DNA of 45,618 nt from Campylobacterales bacterium (GTDB taxonomy: Bacteria > Campylobacterota > Campylobacteria > Campylobacterales > UBA6016), in the NCBI GenBank assembly GCA_036574095.1, contig JAINCO010000058.1, positions 1-45,618 of the forward strand. Reading direction: 5' to 3'. Shown here one piece after another: positions 20,909 to 31,438 of the stretch. Numbering within the stretch: position 1 is the first letter of the stretch; the number at the start of each line of letters is the position of its first letter. The notes under the pieces were generated by a model that did not search any database, was not told the DNA's origin, and saw nothing but the letters and a program-made list of their open reading frames with translations. The translations under genes and the position numbers were made by a program.

Positions 20909-23152
20909 ATGAATATGAGACAAAGGCGCCGTTATCTGCTTCGTGGCATCGTTCAAGGGGTTGGGTTTAGGCCCTTTGTTTGGCGAATTGCCAATGAGGC
21001 TGGTCTTACTGGTTTTGTTCGCAATGGATTGGCAGGTGTTGAGATCGAAGCTGAAGGAAGCAAGGAGGCGTTAGAAAGATTTGAGGCCTCTCTCTTTGGC
21101 ACGTTTCCGCCACTTGCACGGATTGATCACTGGCAAAAAATTGAGATTGAAGCGCGTGGGGATGAGGCGTTTGTGATCCTCTCAAGCGAGGCGAAGGAGG
21201 GGGGATATAGCATGGTGCCACCCGATATTGCTCTTTGTCCAGCTTGCCTAAGCGAAATGAATGATCCCTCTAATCGCCGCTACCGCTACCCCTTTATCAA
21301 CTGTACCGATTGTGGACCTCGCTATACGATTATTCGACGCTTGCCTTATGATCGCTCCAATACCTCCATGGCTGACTTTCCCATGTGTGCGGCATGCGCT
21401 GAGGAGTATGCCAACCCCTTGAGCCGTCGCTATCATGCTGAACCTATTAGCTGTCCTGATTGTGGTCCTACTCTCTCGCTTCTTTATCCTTCAGGTGAGT
21501 CGATGGGAATTGGTGGGGATGAGGCAATCGAAGCGACAGTGTCGATGCTTAAAGAAGGTGCTATTGTGGCTGTGAAGGGGATTGGTGGGTTTCATCTTGT
21601 TTGTGATGCGACGAATGAAAAGGCGCTTAGGCGACTACGAGAGCGAAAGCGTCGCCCCCGCAAGCCATTTGCCTTGATGGTAGCGTCGTTGGCTGCTGCA
21701 AAAGAGATCGTTGAGCTTGATGAGGCCCAGAGTCAGATGCTAACCTCTTGGCAGCGCCCAATTCTCCTGGCAAGACGGCGCGAGGGAGCTTGCGTTGCCC
21801 CATCTGTAGCCTTTGAGTTGCGATTTCTTGGTGTGATGCTACCTTATGCCCCCTTGCAGCAGCTGTTGCTTGAGCGCATGGTATCGCCTGTTGTGGCAAC
21901 AAGTGCCAATATCGCTGAAGAGCCGATCATTACGGCAGCAAGTGATGTCGTAGCGAGGTTGGGCGGGGTTGTTGATGCGATTCTTGATCATGATCGTGCT
22001 ATTGTTGCTGGATGTGATGACTCTGTTGTTCGCATGGTAGAGGGGCGTCCTATCTTTATCCGAAGGGCTCGTGGATTTGCTCCCTATAGCCTCACACTTC
22101 CAAGGCCTGTTACTCAACCGTTGCTTGGTGTTGGCGCGCAGCAGAAGTCCACGATTGCACTCGCGTTTGACACAACGCTTGTAATCTCCCCACACATTGG
22201 TGATTTAGAAGGGGTGAGGAGCGAGGCGCACTTTGAGCAGGTGGTGCATCGAATGGAGAGCCTATATAGTGTAACGCCAGCTAAGGCATGTGCCGACCAC
22301 AACCAAGCCTACCGAAGCACTCAATATGCAAGGCGACGATTTAGTGAAGTAGCGACAATTCAGCACCACGAGGCCCATCTGTGGGGGGCGCTTTTGGAGG
22401 CTGGATGGCTTGAGCGGCCTATTCTTGGGGTTATTTGGGATGGGACGGGTTTGGGGGTGAATCATGAGATTTGGGGTGGTGAATTTTTTCTTTATGATCA
22501 AGGAGTGATGGAGAGGATAGGTCATTTGGCGCCGTTGGGGTTATTGGGCGGTGAGGCGGCGATTCGTGAGCCTCGTCGGGTGGCTTTGTGGATGTTTTGG
22601 CAGCTACATGGTGAGGCAGCCTTTTCATCGCGCTTAGCCAACGAGGCCTTTACGACCCAAGAATTGGCTCTTTTAGCCCAGTTGGCGCGAGGGGGTAAGG
22701 CGATCCCAACAACCTCGATTGGTCGTTTGGTTGATGGTGTAGCGGCGTTGTTGGGAGTGGTCTATAAGAGTGGGTTTGAAGGTGAAGCGGGAATTGTCTT
22801 AGAGGGCTTCTATGATCCAGGGCTTGATCTAATCTATCCTATGCGATGGGAAGGCTCATCACTATCATGGCATGAAGCTGTGGCGGCAGTGGTGGCAGAG
22901 GGTGATCTGGTGCGAGGGGCTACCGGGTTTCTTAACGCTCTTGCGGAGGCGATTTTGTCAAAAGCTGCATCACTTTCCCTTCCTGTTGTGTGTAGTGGCG
23001 GTGTTTTTCAGAATGCCGCGCTGGTTGGGCGGCTGCTTAGAGGTGCTGCTGCAAGAGGGATTGAGCTTTTTATCCCTTCAATTCTGCCGCCCAATGATGC
23101 CTCGATCGCTGCAGGGCAGATTATTGGGCAGATTTTTAGTCATAGATCGTAG
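20909..23152 (+). CDS. hypF: Carbamoyltransferase HypF
   Basis: GIVQGVGFRPFV, two zinc fingers (CPAC..CTDCGPR; CAAC..CPDCGP), KGIGGFHL, QHHEAH, DGTG, PPND. Confidence 0.97.
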   Translation: MNMRQRRRYLLRGIVQGVGFRPFVWRIANEAGLTGFVRNGLAGVEIEAEGSKEALERFEASLFGTFPPLARIDHWQKIEIEARGDEAFVILSSEAKEGGYSMVPPDIALCPACLSEMNDPSNRRYRYPFINCTDCGPRYTIIRRLPYDRSNTSMADFPMCAACAEEYANPLSRRYHAEPISCPDCGPTLSLLYPSGESMGIGGDEAIEATVSMLKEGAIVAVKGIGGFHLVCDATNEKALRRLRERKRRPRKPFALMVASLAAAKEIVELDEAQSQMLTSWQRPILLARRREGACVAPSVAFELRFLGVMLPYAPLQQLLLERMVSPVVATSANIAEEPIITAASDVVARLGGVVDAILDHDRAIVAGCDDSVVRMVEGRPIFIRRARGFAPYSLTLPRPVTQPLLGVGAQQKSTIALAFDTTLVISPHIGDLEGVRSEAHFEQVVHRMESLYSVTPAKACADHNQAYRSTQYARRRFSEVATIQHHEAHLWGALLEAGWLERPILGVIWDGTGLGVNHEIWGGEFFLYDQGVMERIGHLAPLGLLGGEAAIREPRRVALWMFWQLHGEAAFSSRLANEAFTTQELALLAQLARGGKAIPTTSIGRLVDGVAALLGVVYKSGFEGEAGIVLEGFYDPGLDLIYPMRWEGSSLSWHEAVAAVVAEGDLVRGATGFLNALAEAILSKAASLSLPVVCSGGVFQNAALVGRLLRGAAARGIELFIPSILPPNDASIAAGQIIGQIFSHRS

Positions 23153-23209
23153 TTTTAACTTATTTTAAGTGTTATTGGGATATAATCCCACTCCCGAAAC
23201 GGAAAATGG

Positions 23210-23284
23210 TCCGGATTAGCTCAGCGGTAGAGTAGGTGACTGTTAATCACTTGGCCGCAGGTTCGAATCCTGCATCCGGAGCCA
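23210..23284 (+). tRNA. tRNA-Asn (GTT)
   Basis: 75 nt; acceptor TCCGGAT/ATCCGGA, D arm AGCTCAGCGGTAGAG, anticodon loop CTGTTAA, GGTTCGAATCC T arm, encoded CCA; TATAAT at 23181-86. Confidence 0.98.
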
Positions 23285-23391
23285 TCCCTCTAATTGCCTC
23301 CTCAACAATCTTCGTTAGCTACCACTTTTAAGTCCTGTTTAATTCACTTTCAGGTATTGTCATTCCTAATAGTTCTTGTTAAAGGGGTACC

Positions 23392-23847
23392 GTGTCGTGG
23401 GAGTATTGGATCATTATCGGTCTTGTGCTGGTTGTGGCCGAGATTGCCCTGCCTGGTTTTCTCTTTTTGGCCTTGGGTAGTGGTTTTGTCCTTACAGGAT
23501 TGATGACAATGGTGGCTACGATGCCACTAACCCTACAGCTTGGCATTGCAACCGTGGCAACAGCTATCTCATTTGCTCTTTATTATCGTTTGTTGGGTAG
23601 GCGAAGCAAAGATGTTGTTGATCAAGGGGTTGGGCAGGCTCAAGAAGAGGCGGTTGGTGTACGAGGTGTGATGCTTAGCCCGTGCGCTCCTCATGATGAG
23701 GGGTGGGCTCGTTTTGAGCGGGCTGTGATCGGGGATAGGCAGTGGCGTGTGCGCTGTGACCTTCCACTTCAAGAGGGTGATGAGATTGAAATTGTCGAAA
23801 TTACCGGAAATAGCGCAATTGTGAAACCTATCGCAAAGGAGAGGTGA
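23392..23847 (+). CDS. NfeD-family (YbbJ-like) membrane protein
   Basis: WIIIGLVLVVAEI N-terminal TMs, C-terminal OB-fold pattern; paired with SPFH gene. Confidence 0.88.
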   Translation: MSWEYWIIIGLVLVVAEIALPGFLFLALGSGFVLTGLMTMVATMPLTLQLGIATVATAISFALYYRLLGRRSKDVVDQGVGQAQEEAVGVRGVMLSPCAPHDEGWARFERAVIGDRQWRVRCDLPLQEGDEIEIVEITGNSAIVKPIAKER

Positions 23848-24695
23848 TGGAGGTTATTGTTGTACTCTTGCTCTTTGTTGTTGCTATTATCGTCACGGGG
23901 GCAAAGGTTGTGCCGCAGGGTGAGGAGTGGATCGTGGAGCGTTTGGGTAAATATCATGCTACCCTTAAACCTGGATTGAATGTAATCATCCCTTTGATCG
24001 ATCGGGTGGCCTATCAGGTTCCAACCAAAGAGCTTATCCTCGATACCCCCAGGCAAGAGGTGATTACGCGTGATAATGCTGTTGTTGTTACGAATGCGAT
24101 TGTCTTTTTTAAGGTGACCGATCCAGCACGCGCAAGCTATTCGATCATGAACTTTACCGAGGCGGTGCGTAATCTGACGATGACAACACTTCGTAGTATT
24201 ATCGGCGAGATGCAGCTAAATGAAGCATTGGGATCGCGTGAACAGATCAAGGCTAATGCCAAAGAACGGATCAAGGATGAATTTGAGGCGTGGGGATTGA
24301 CATTAGGAACAGTTGAGATTCAAGAGATCAATCCCTCGGCCAATCTTCAGATGGCGATGGAGAAACAGGCAGCAGCCGAGCGCGAAAAACAGGCGTTGAT
24401 CATGCGTGCTGAGGGAGAGAAGCAGGCGATGATCCTTGAGGCTGAAGGAAAGTTGCAAGCAGCCAAGCTTGAAGCTGAAGCACAAGTGGCCTTGGCCGAA
24501 GGGTCAAAAAAGGCGCTTGAAGAGGTTGCGCAGGCTCTTTCACATAGTGGTGAGATTGCTCCTAACTTTCTTATTGCACAAAAATATGTTGAGAGCCTTC
24601 AGAAGATAGCCTCTTCTGATAGTGCCAAAACCATTCTCTATCCCGCCGACTTGCAAGAGGCGGTTCGGGTGATGTTGGGGCGGCTTAGAGGATAG
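23847..24695 (+). CDS. SPFH/band-7 (QmcA-like) protein
   Basis: VVPQGEEWIVERLGKY, QEVITRDN, AAAEREKQA..AEGEKQA. Confidence 0.92.
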   Translation: MEVIVVLLLFVVAIIVTGAKVVPQGEEWIVERLGKYHATLKPGLNVIIPLIDRVAYQVPTKELILDTPRQEVITRDNAVVVTNAIVFFKVTDPARASYSIMNFTEAVRNLTMTTLRSIIGEMQLNEALGSREQIKANAKERIKDEFEAWGLTLGTVEIQEINPSANLQMAMEKQAAAEREKQALIMRAEGEKQAMILEAEGKLQAAKLEAEAQVALAEGSKKALEEVAQALSHSGEIAPNFLIAQKYVESLQKIASSDSAKTILYPADLQEAVRVMLGRLRG

Positions 24696-24704
24696 GGTAA
24701 GATC

Positions 24705-25223
24705 TTAGGGTTTGATCGTAATTTTTACGATCTTGACTGGTTTGATGGGGCGATCTTGGCTATCGGTTGGGCTCTTTTCGATCGCTCTAACAGTTTCCAT
24801 TCCTTTGGATACACGCCCAAAGATCGTATGGTAGCCATTTAGCCAAGGGGTTGGGACGGTTGTGATAAAAAATTGGCTGCCATTCGTTGCGGGCCCACGG
24901 TTGGCCATGGCAACAATACCAGGTTTATCAAAGAGGGCTTTGGGTGAGAACTCATCCTCAAATGGCTTACCCCATATCGAGGTGCCACCAGCGCCTGTTC
25001 CTGTTGGATCGCCTGTTTGGATCATAAAGTTCTTGATCACACGATGAAAGATAATCCCGTTATAATACCCCTTTTGGGCAAGCTTGACAAAATTTTCCGA
25101 GGCTTTTGGCGCGATGTCGGGGCGCAATTCGATTTCGATCGTACCGGCTGTTGTTTGAATGATGGCACTTTGAGCCCAAAGAAGTGCTTGAGAGAGAAGA
25201 AGTAGAAGAAGCAGTCGTTTCAT
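24705..25223 (-). CDS. Periplasmic cyclophilin-type PPIase
   Basis: Signal peptide; FHRVIKNFMIQTGDP, AMANRG..TNGSQFFI. Confidence 0.95.
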   Translation of the reverse strand: MKRLLLLLLLSQALLWAQSAIIQTTAGTIEIELRPDIAPKASENFVKLAQKGYYNGIIFHRVIKNFMIQTGDPTGTGAGGTSIWGKPFEDEFSPKALFDKPGIVAMANRGPATNGSQFFITTVPTPWLNGYHTIFGRVSKGMETVRAIEKSPTDSQDRPIKPVKIVKITIKP

Positions 25224-25366
25224 AAATTTTCCTTATTATAATAAAATATTGAATAAAGGTGATGATTTAACCTATTGAATTAAACACACGATTATAGCAT
25301 AGCTTTTATCTATAAGGCGTAAAAACGCTTTTTATTATGGAACTCACATGAAAGGGAGTGGTTGTG

Positions 25367-25444
25367 ATGGCTTATGATGTTGATCTTGACGATGATGATT
25401 TAGATAGCGGAAGCTGCGGAGATTGCGATAGGGTATGTCGGTGA
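25367..25444 (+). CDS. Putative 25-aa acidic Cys-rich small protein MAYDVDLDDDDLDSGSCGDCDRVCR
   Basis: AAGGGAG RBS 8 nt before ATG; closed by TGA; strongly biased composition; below ORF-track cutoff. Confidence 0.6.
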   Translation: MAYDVDLDDDDLDSGSCGDCDRVCR

Positions 25445-25454
25445 AGGGGTAGTA

Positions 25455-25463
25455 TGGTATAAT
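25455..25463 (+). promoter_or_regulatory. Extended -10 element (TGGTATAAT) for alr
   Basis: Consensus TGnTATAAT 24 nt upstream of the ATG. Confidence 0.65.
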
Positions 25464-25487
25464 GCCACAAAAAAGAGGGGGGTTTTG

Positions 25488-26510
25488 ATGGCATTGATTA
25501 CCCTCTCGCGTGGGGCATTTTTTCATAATGTTGATGTGATTGCAGCTCGTACTGGGATAGAGCGTATCGCTGCTGTGCTCAAAGACAATGCCTATGGCCA
25601 TGGTCTTGAGCAGATGGCTAATTTGGCAATTGAGGCTGGAATTACAAAAGCTGTTGTTCGCACCGTCCAAGAAGCATCACTTCTTGTGGGAAAATTTGAG
25701 CGGATCTTGGTGCTTGGGCGAGTGACAGGTAGCGTGCCTGAGGGTGTTGAGGTGGCACTGAATGCCCTTGAGGTTATTGAGGCATTAGCGCCCAAGACGC
25801 GCGTCCATCTGAAGATTGATACAGGGATGCATCGTAGTGGTATTGCGCTTGAAGAGTTGGATGAGGCGCTTGGGCGTATTGAGGCGGCTAAGTTAGAGCT
25901 GGTTGGTTTTTTTAGTCACCTGCGTGGCGCTGATGAGCTTTCGACCACCTTTTTCTGGCAGCGTGCCAACTTCCAAAAGGCGCGCCAACAAGTTGAGGCA
26001 TGGTGTCGTGCGCGTGGTTATACGTTGCCAGCATGTCATCTACACAATTCAGCCGGGATCTTTAGGCAAGAGGATTTCTCAGATTATGACTGGGTTCGAC
26101 CAGGGATCGCCCTTTATGGCTACTTGGGGATGGATCCAGCCTTGAGGGAGCCTGCGCTTAGGCCTGTCTTGAAGTTATGGGGTGAGAAGATCGCGACACG
26201 CACAATTCCAAAAGGGGCAAAGGTAGGGTATAATGGTGCCTTTACGGCTCCTTTCAAGATGGAGATTTCAACCTATGATGTTGGGTATGGGGATGGATTC
26301 TTTCGCTTTGATGGATCCGAAGGGCTCGTGACCCCCTCAGGGAAAAAGGTGCTTGGAAAAGTCTCTATGGATATGGTTTCGATTGAGGGGAGTGATGAGA
26401 AGGTTTGCATCATGGATGATGCGGCCTATATTGCAAAGCTTGCATGCACGATTAGCTACGAGGTGACAACGCGCCTATCACCCTCAATTCCCAGAGTCAT
26501 TGTTGACTAA
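25488..26510 (+). CDS. alr: Alanine racemase
   Basis: AVLKDNAYGHG PLP-Lys motif, HLKIDTGMHR, VGYGDG, SMD, TISYE. Confidence 0.96.
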   Translation: MALITLSRGAFFHNVDVIAARTGIERIAAVLKDNAYGHGLEQMANLAIEAGITKAVVRTVQEASLLVGKFERILVLGRVTGSVPEGVEVALNALEVIEALAPKTRVHLKIDTGMHRSGIALEELDEALGRIEAAKLELVGFFSHLRGADELSTTFFWQRANFQKARQQVEAWCRARGYTLPACHLHNSAGIFRQEDFSDYDWVRPGIALYGYLGMDPALREPALRPVLKLWGEKIATRTIPKGAKVGYNGAFTAPFKMEISTYDVGYGDGFFRFDGSEGLVTPSGKKVLGKVSMDMVSIEGSDEKVCIMDDAAYIAKLACTISYEVTTRLSPSIPRVIVD

Positions 26511-26873
26511 CCAAACGCCATCAATCCCCACTGTGGCGAGAGGCTCAATCTCATCGACGGAGGTGATCATGGCAATTACCTTTGTCTCAAATAGGTAGGT
26601 GTCGGCCGCTTTTTGGAGAGTTGGGGCGAGTGTTTTAGAGCAGATGGCCCAGCGTGCGCCTAAGTTGGCGGCATAAAGAAAGTGGCGTAAGCTTTGAACC
26701 TCAAGAGCCAAAGGAATGCCATCATCGATAAGTGCACGGTAGCTTGTCATCTTTTTTTCATCAAAGCTAAGGACGATGATGGCCTGGGGTGGTGTCTGCG
26801 CGATCTCATCATCGTTTTCAGCACGAACAACAGGCGGATGCGAAAGAGCGGGGTCGATATTGATAAGAATCAT
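26484..26873 (-). CDS. Hypothetical protein
   Basis: Last gene of the ribA-rsmG operon; ATGA-type overlap with upstream gene; start uncertain (26873 or 26882). Confidence 0.7.
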   Translation of the reverse strand: MILINIDPALSHPPVVRAENDDEIAQTPPQAIIVLSFDEKKMTSYRALIDDGIPLALEVQSLRHFLYAANLGARWAICSKTLAPTLQKAADTYLFETKVIAMITSVDEIEPLATVGIDGVWLVNNDSGN

Positions 26874-27064
26874 TGAGCACACTCCTTAGAGCAATAAAGA
26901 TGGCCATCCTTATGGATGGCATCGTGCTGGCTAACATAGGTGCCACATCGATGGCATGGATGCATCTGCTCTTCATCGTCTAGTTTGCGGGTTGTGCGGC
27001 TACGACGATAGAGATAATAAAGCAGCGCGAGAGAGAGGAGAAGAATTAGAATTTTAGCTAACAC
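26870..27064 (-). CDS. Small membrane-anchored zinc-finger protein (PP0621-like)
   Basis: N-terminal TM; MHPCHRCGTYV....YCSKEC motif. Confidence 0.82.
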   Translation of the reverse strand: MLAKILILLLSLALLYYLYRRSRTTRKLDDEEQMHPCHRCGTYVSQHDAIHKDGHLYCSKECAQ

Positions 27065-27638
27065 GATCTTCTCCTTCGATGATTAGATATGAGCGCGAAC
27101 CTTGCTTGATGATGCGCGCCCTCTCTTCAAAAGGGGTCTCCTCATCAACAGAGGAGCCTTTATAAAGAAGGATTGTCGTTTCCTTGGTTCGAAAGGGGGC
27201 TGCAAGCTGAAGGATAGTATCAGTTTTTGCAACAGCACGGCTGGTGATAAGATCACATGGAAAGGGGGTAATCTCTTCAATCCTCTTCGCAACAACCCGT
27301 ACATTGGTTAATCCAAGCTCAATGGCGGTGAGCGTGAGGAAGCTTGCTTTTTTGGCGATAGGCTCAACAAGTAGTGCCGATGCCTCTGGGCGGGCGATCG
27401 CTAAAGGGAGGGCAGGAAAGCCTCCGCCTGATCCAATATCCAACAACGAGGTAAATGGAGATAGCCATGAGAGGGGAAGGAGGCTATCGACCACATACTC
27501 CATACACTGCTCATGGGTGCGCACACCGGTGACATTATGGGTTTTGCGCCAAGCTAATAGCAGGGCGCAAAATCTTTGGAGCTGATCGATTTGTGCTTTG
27601 GATAGACCCAAAGCACTCAACTCATCAAGATAGCTCAT
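27054..27638 (-). CDS. rsmG: 16S rRNA m7G527 methyltransferase
   Basis: HNVTG, DSL, DIGSGGGFP, TSRAV, YKG. Confidence 0.95.
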   Translation of the reverse strand: MSYLDELSALGLSKAQIDQLQRFCALLLAWRKTHNVTGVRTHEQCMEYVVDSLLPLSWLSPFTSLLDIGSGGGFPALPLAIARPEASALLVEPIAKKASFLTLTAIELGLTNVRVVAKRIEEITPFPCDLITSRAVAKTDTILQLAAPFRTKETTILLYKGSSVDEETPFEERARIIKQGSRSYLIIEGEDRVS

Positions 27639-28201
27639 AGGATATGGCGCGACTTCTCTTTTTTTGTCGCAAGATAGAAAGCATTATGCTCATTAGGAGG
27701 GATGACTAAAGGAACGCGTTCAACGATCTTAACCCCCTTGATCTTTTCAAGTTTGCTTGGGTTGTTCGTAAGAAGGCGAATTTTTGTTACGCCATAATAG
27801 TGGAGAATATAATCAACGATCTCGTAGCTTCGTAGATCATCGGGAAAGCCTAACTGATGGTTAGCCTCGACGGTATCTAATCCGTTGTCTTGAAGATGGT
27901 AGGCGTTGATCTTGTTGAGTAGGCCAATACCCCGTCCCTCTTGGCGCAAATAGATGACCATTCCACACCCTGTTTGATCGATCATCTTTAATGCTTCGTT
28001 AAGTTGATCGCGACAGTCACACCGAAGGCTTCCAATCGCATCTCCCGTCAGACACTCTGAATGAACCCTAACAAGCGGGATTTCACAAAGGTGGGGTGTG
28101 CGGATGACAAGGTGTTCTTTGTCGCCTTCACGAAAGGCTTGCACCTGAAAATGGCCAAATCGCGTGGGTAATTTGGCCATCTGCGAGGTTGAAATCTTCA
28201 T
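27635..28201 (-). CDS. ribA: GTP cyclohydrolase II
   Basis: RVHSECLTGD..GSLRCDC, QEGRGIGL, TNNP. Confidence 0.97.
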   Translation of the reverse strand: MKISTSQMAKLPTRFGHFQVQAFREGDKEHLVIRTPHLCEIPLVRVHSECLTGDAIGSLRCDCRDQLNEALKMIDQTGCGMVIYLRQEGRGIGLLNKINAYHLQDNGLDTVEANHQLGFPDDLRSYEIVDYILHYYGVTKIRLLTNNPSKLEKIKGVKIVERVPLVIPPNEHNAFYLATKKEKSRHIL

Positions 28202-28286
28202 GTATCGATCCGTTTTTATTTTTATTGTAACTTGTTTTTGCTAAAATCGTCGTTTCTTGAGACCTTACCATGATAAAGATTAAAAG

Positions 28287-29270
28287 ATGAAACGCTTCCG
28301 ACGGCTTCGCCAGACTTCACCTTTGCGCGCAATGGTGCGTGAAACCTCCCTAAGTGTCAACGATCTGATCTACCCCCTCTTTGTCCGTTCAGGTAGCGGT
28401 GTGCGCCGCGCTATTGCATCGATGCCAGGCATCTTTCAGCTTTCGATTGATGAGGCGATCAAAGAGGCGGGTGAGGCGATGGCGCTAGGAATTTCTAGTG
28501 TCATTCTCTTTGGCATTCCTGATATCAAAGATAGCATCGGCTCAGACGCTCTTTGTGAGCATGGTATCATTGCTGAAGCGACCCGCGCGCTCAAAAAAGC
28601 CTACCCCGAGCTCATCGTTGTGACTGATTTATGTTTTTGTGAATATACCGATCATGGTCATTGTGGCATCTTGGATGCGCGCACCCAAAGTGTCGATAAT
28701 GATGCGACACTTGATATCCTTGTACGGCAAGCACTCATTCATGCCAACGCTGGCTCAGATATCATTGCTCCTAGTGGGATGATGGATGGGACGGTTGAGG
28801 CGTTGAGGCGTGGATTGGATGCGGCCGGGTTTAGTCATCTACCAATCATGAGCTACTCAACAAAATTTGCCAGTGCCTACTATGGGCCCTTTCGTGATGC
28901 TGCCGAATCGGCACCCGGTTTTGGCGATCGACGCACCTATCAGATGGATCCAGCCAATCGGCGAGAGGCTATCGCTGAGAGTCTTGAGGATGAGAGGCAA
29001 GGAGCCGATATCTTGATGGTCAAGCCAGGTTTGGCCTATCTTGATATTATTCGTGATATTCGCAATGCCACAACCCTGCCTTTGTGTGTCTATAATGTCT
29101 CGGGTGAATATGCGATGCTTAAACTCGCAGGTCAGGCAGGTGTGATCGATTATGATCGTGTTCTTCTTGAGACAATGATCGCTTTTAAGCGCGCGGGTGC
29201 CGATCTGATCATCACGTATCATGCCAAAGAGGTGGCCACATTGTTGCAACAAGGCCCGTTGCCCTTTTAA
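28287..29270 (+). CDS. hemB: Porphobilinogen synthase
   Basis: [36 protein letters not shown]. Confidence 0.98.
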   Translation: MKRFRRLRQTSPLRAMVRETSLSVNDLIYPLFVRSGSGVRRAIASMPGIFQLSIDEAIKEAGEAMALGISSVILFGIPDIKDSIGSDALCEHGIIAEATRALKKAYPELIVVTDLCFCEYTDHGHCGILDARTQSVDNDATLDILVRQALIHANAGSDIIAPSGMMDGTVEALRRGLDAAGFSHLPIMSYSTKFASAYYGPFRDAAESAPGFGDRRTYQMDPANRREAIAESLEDERQGADILMVKPGLAYLDIIRDIRNATTLPLCVYNVSGEYAMLKLAGQAGVIDYDRVLLETMIAFKRAGADLIITYHAKEVATLLQQGPLPF

Positions 29271-29315
29271 GCGAAATATGTTACAATGATCTTTTAGTGC
29301 CAAAAGGATGGGTTC

Positions 29316-30242
29316 GTGAGACATTTTTTGACAATCCGGGATTTTAGCAAAACTGAGCTTTTAGAGATGCTACGCCTTTCGCATGCCATCAAGGCTGAAA
29401 CGAAGCGCGGTGAGCAGGTCAGCTACCTGGAAGGGCAGACGCTGGGGATGATCTTTGAAAAGAGTAGTACGCGCACGCGTGTCAGTTTTGAGGTGGGGAT
29501 GTATCAGTTGGGTGGTTATGCCCTCTTTCTCTCAAACCGAGACCTTCAGCTTGGGCGCGGTGAGCCGATCAAAGATAGTGCACGCGTTATTAGCCGCATG
29601 GTCGATATGGTGATGATTCGTACCTTTGAGCAAGCAAGAATCGAGGAGTTTGCCGCCTATTCGCGCGTTCCTGTGATTAATGGCTTAACAGATCAATACC
29701 ATCCGGTTCAGGTGATGACCGATTATATGACGATGCAAGAGTATGGCAAAGGCGATCATCCAGTTGTGGCATGGGTAGGTGATGGAAACAATATGGCCCA
29801 TAGCTGGCTGATGTTGGCCTCGAAACTTGGCTTTGAGCTTCGCTTGGCAACACCTGCTGGGTATGATCCCGATCCCAAAATCCTTGCTCAAGCGCAAGAA
29901 TTTGCTGCTGATAGTGGGGCAAAGATTCTATTAACGCACGATCCCAAAGAGGCGGTAAAGGGTGCTGATGTTGTTACAACTGATGTTTGGACGAGCATGG
30001 GGCAAGAGGAGGAGAGTGCCAAAAGGCTCAAGGATTTTGCCGGCTTTACTATTGATGAGGCGTTGATGCGTTTGGCTGATCCTGAGGCGATCTTTCTTCA
30101 CTGTCTTCCCGCGCATCGAGGTGAAGAGGTCAGCGAAGAGGTCTTTGAAGGCAGACAGAGTGTTGTCTTTGATGAGGCAGAAAACCGCCTCCATTTCCAA
30201 AAAGGTCTGATGGTTTGGCTTGATCGTGAGCGCCATCGTTAA
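29316..30242 (+). CDS. argF: Ornithine carbamoyltransferase
   Basis: SSTRTR, HPVQ, SMG, HCLP, AENR. Confidence 0.97.
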   Translation: MRHFLTIRDFSKTELLEMLRLSHAIKAETKRGEQVSYLEGQTLGMIFEKSSTRTRVSFEVGMYQLGGYALFLSNRDLQLGRGEPIKDSARVISRMVDMVMIRTFEQARIEEFAAYSRVPVINGLTDQYHPVQVMTDYMTMQEYGKGDHPVVAWVGDGNNMAHSWLMLASKLGFELRLATPAGYDPDPKILAQAQEFAADSGAKILLTHDPKEAVKGADVVTTDVWTSMGQEEESAKRLKDFAGFTIDEALMRLADPEAIFLHCLPAHRGEEVSEEVFEGRQSVVFDEAENRLHFQKGLMVWLDRERHR

Positions 30243-30355
30243 AGTGCAAAGCTAAAGGATCAAGCTTTTAGTCAGATGGCTCAAGGTCTAAAATTTAACG
30301 ATGAATCTGCTATACTACCTTACTTTTTTCGTGATTGAGTCGTAAGGAGAGCAAG

Positions 30356-31438
30356 ATGAGGCGTTACCTATTATTAGTTTCGTTGATGATAGTAAGTGCG
30401 TGGGCTGCGAGTGCGCAAGAGTGCCGTTCTTGCCATCCAGCCATCGTGCAGGAGTGGGAGAGCTCTGCGCATGCGATGGCGCACACATCAAAAAATGAAC
30501 TTTATGCCAAGATGGTGGCTGCTATTGCCTCGGCCAAAGGGGTTTCGCACGAGGCGGCACAAATGCGCTGTAATCTCTGCCATGCCCCATTAGAGGAGGC
30601 CAATATCTCCCATGAAGGGGTGAGCTGTAGCGTATGCCATCAGATTGATACAATCAAGCATCGCGATGCCACGAAGCCACCTGTGGGGCGCAATATGCTT
30701 GTACCCATGAAAGAGTTGGTGATGTCAGGCCCATGGGACGATGCGACATCACCATACCATGGTAGCGTGAAGCGTGATTTTATGCAACCATCAAGTGATC
30801 AGCTCTGTTTGACATGTCATCAGATGATGAAAAATGAGCAAAAGGTTGTTGTTTGTGCCACGGGCGTTGAGCATCAGGCAAGCGGCGAGAAGAAGAGCTG
30901 TATCGAGTGTCACATGGGGGCGGCTATCCAGGGTAAAATCTCGACCCTCTCATCAAAAGAGCGCCCGATGCGAAGCCACCGTTTTTTAAGTGCGCGCAAC
31001 AGTACTCTCTTAGCCGAGGCTATTAAGCTTTCTGCACACCAAGAAGCAAGAGAATTGGCAGTGACGCTTATCAACCGCTCATCGCATAACTTCCCAACAG
31101 GAACAGCAGCTAGGTTTGTGACTGTTGAGGTTGAATTTATCGACGCTCATGGGGTGGTGATCGCATCACAAACAACACCACTTGTTGCGAAGTTTCTTGA
31201 TGCAGAGGGCAAGCTAACGCTTCCTCCTTTAGCTGTTAAAGCAGGTGAGGATAGTCGTTTGCAACCAGCCGAAACGAGAGTGATGCGCTACAGCCTACCA
31301 AAAAAGGCTAAAGAGGCACGCGTAAAAATCATCTATCGCCTCGCTTCACCAACATTAGCCCAAAAGTTGGGGGTTAAGGGTGAGGAGTGGACGAAGCCTC
31401 GTCTTGTGGCTGAGCAAAGAGTTAGCCTAAAGCCTTGA
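30356..31438 (+). CDS. Periplasmic pentaheme c-type cytochrome (c554/c552-like)
   Basis: Signal peptide; five CxxCH (CRSCH, CNLCH, CSVCH, CLTCH, CIECH); HNFPTG; AAGGAG RBS; TGCTATACT at 30308-16. Confidence 0.88.
   Translation: MRRYLLLVSLMIVSAWAASAQECRSCHPAIVQEWESSAHAMAHTSKNELYAKMVAAIASAKGVSHEAAQMRCNLCHAPLEEANISHEGVSCSVCHQIDTIKHRDATKPPVGRNMLVPMKELVMSGPWDDATSPYHGSVKRDFMQPSSDQLCLTCHQMMKNEQKVVVCATGVEHQASGEKKSCIECHMGAAIQGKISTLSSKERPMRSHRFLSARNSTLLAEAIKLSAHQEARELAVTLINRSSHNFPTGTAARFVTVEVEFIDAHGVVIASQTTPLVAKFLDAEGKLTLPPLAVKAGEDSRLQPAETRVMRYSLPKKAKEARVKIIYRLASPTLAQKLGVKGEEWTKPRLVAEQRVSLKP

Noticed and set aside
23285-25223. Genomic island integrated at tRNA-Asn
   Set aside because: No integrase, no duplicated tRNA 3' end seen, and downstream genes are ordinary.
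25348-25377. Alternative micro-ORF MKGSGCDGL
   Set aside because: No good SD; overlaps the better-supported 25-aa ORF in another frame.
25389-25400. GAT trinucleotide run as a phase-variable microsatellite
   Set aside because: Too short, and explained as poly-Asp codons of the small ORF.
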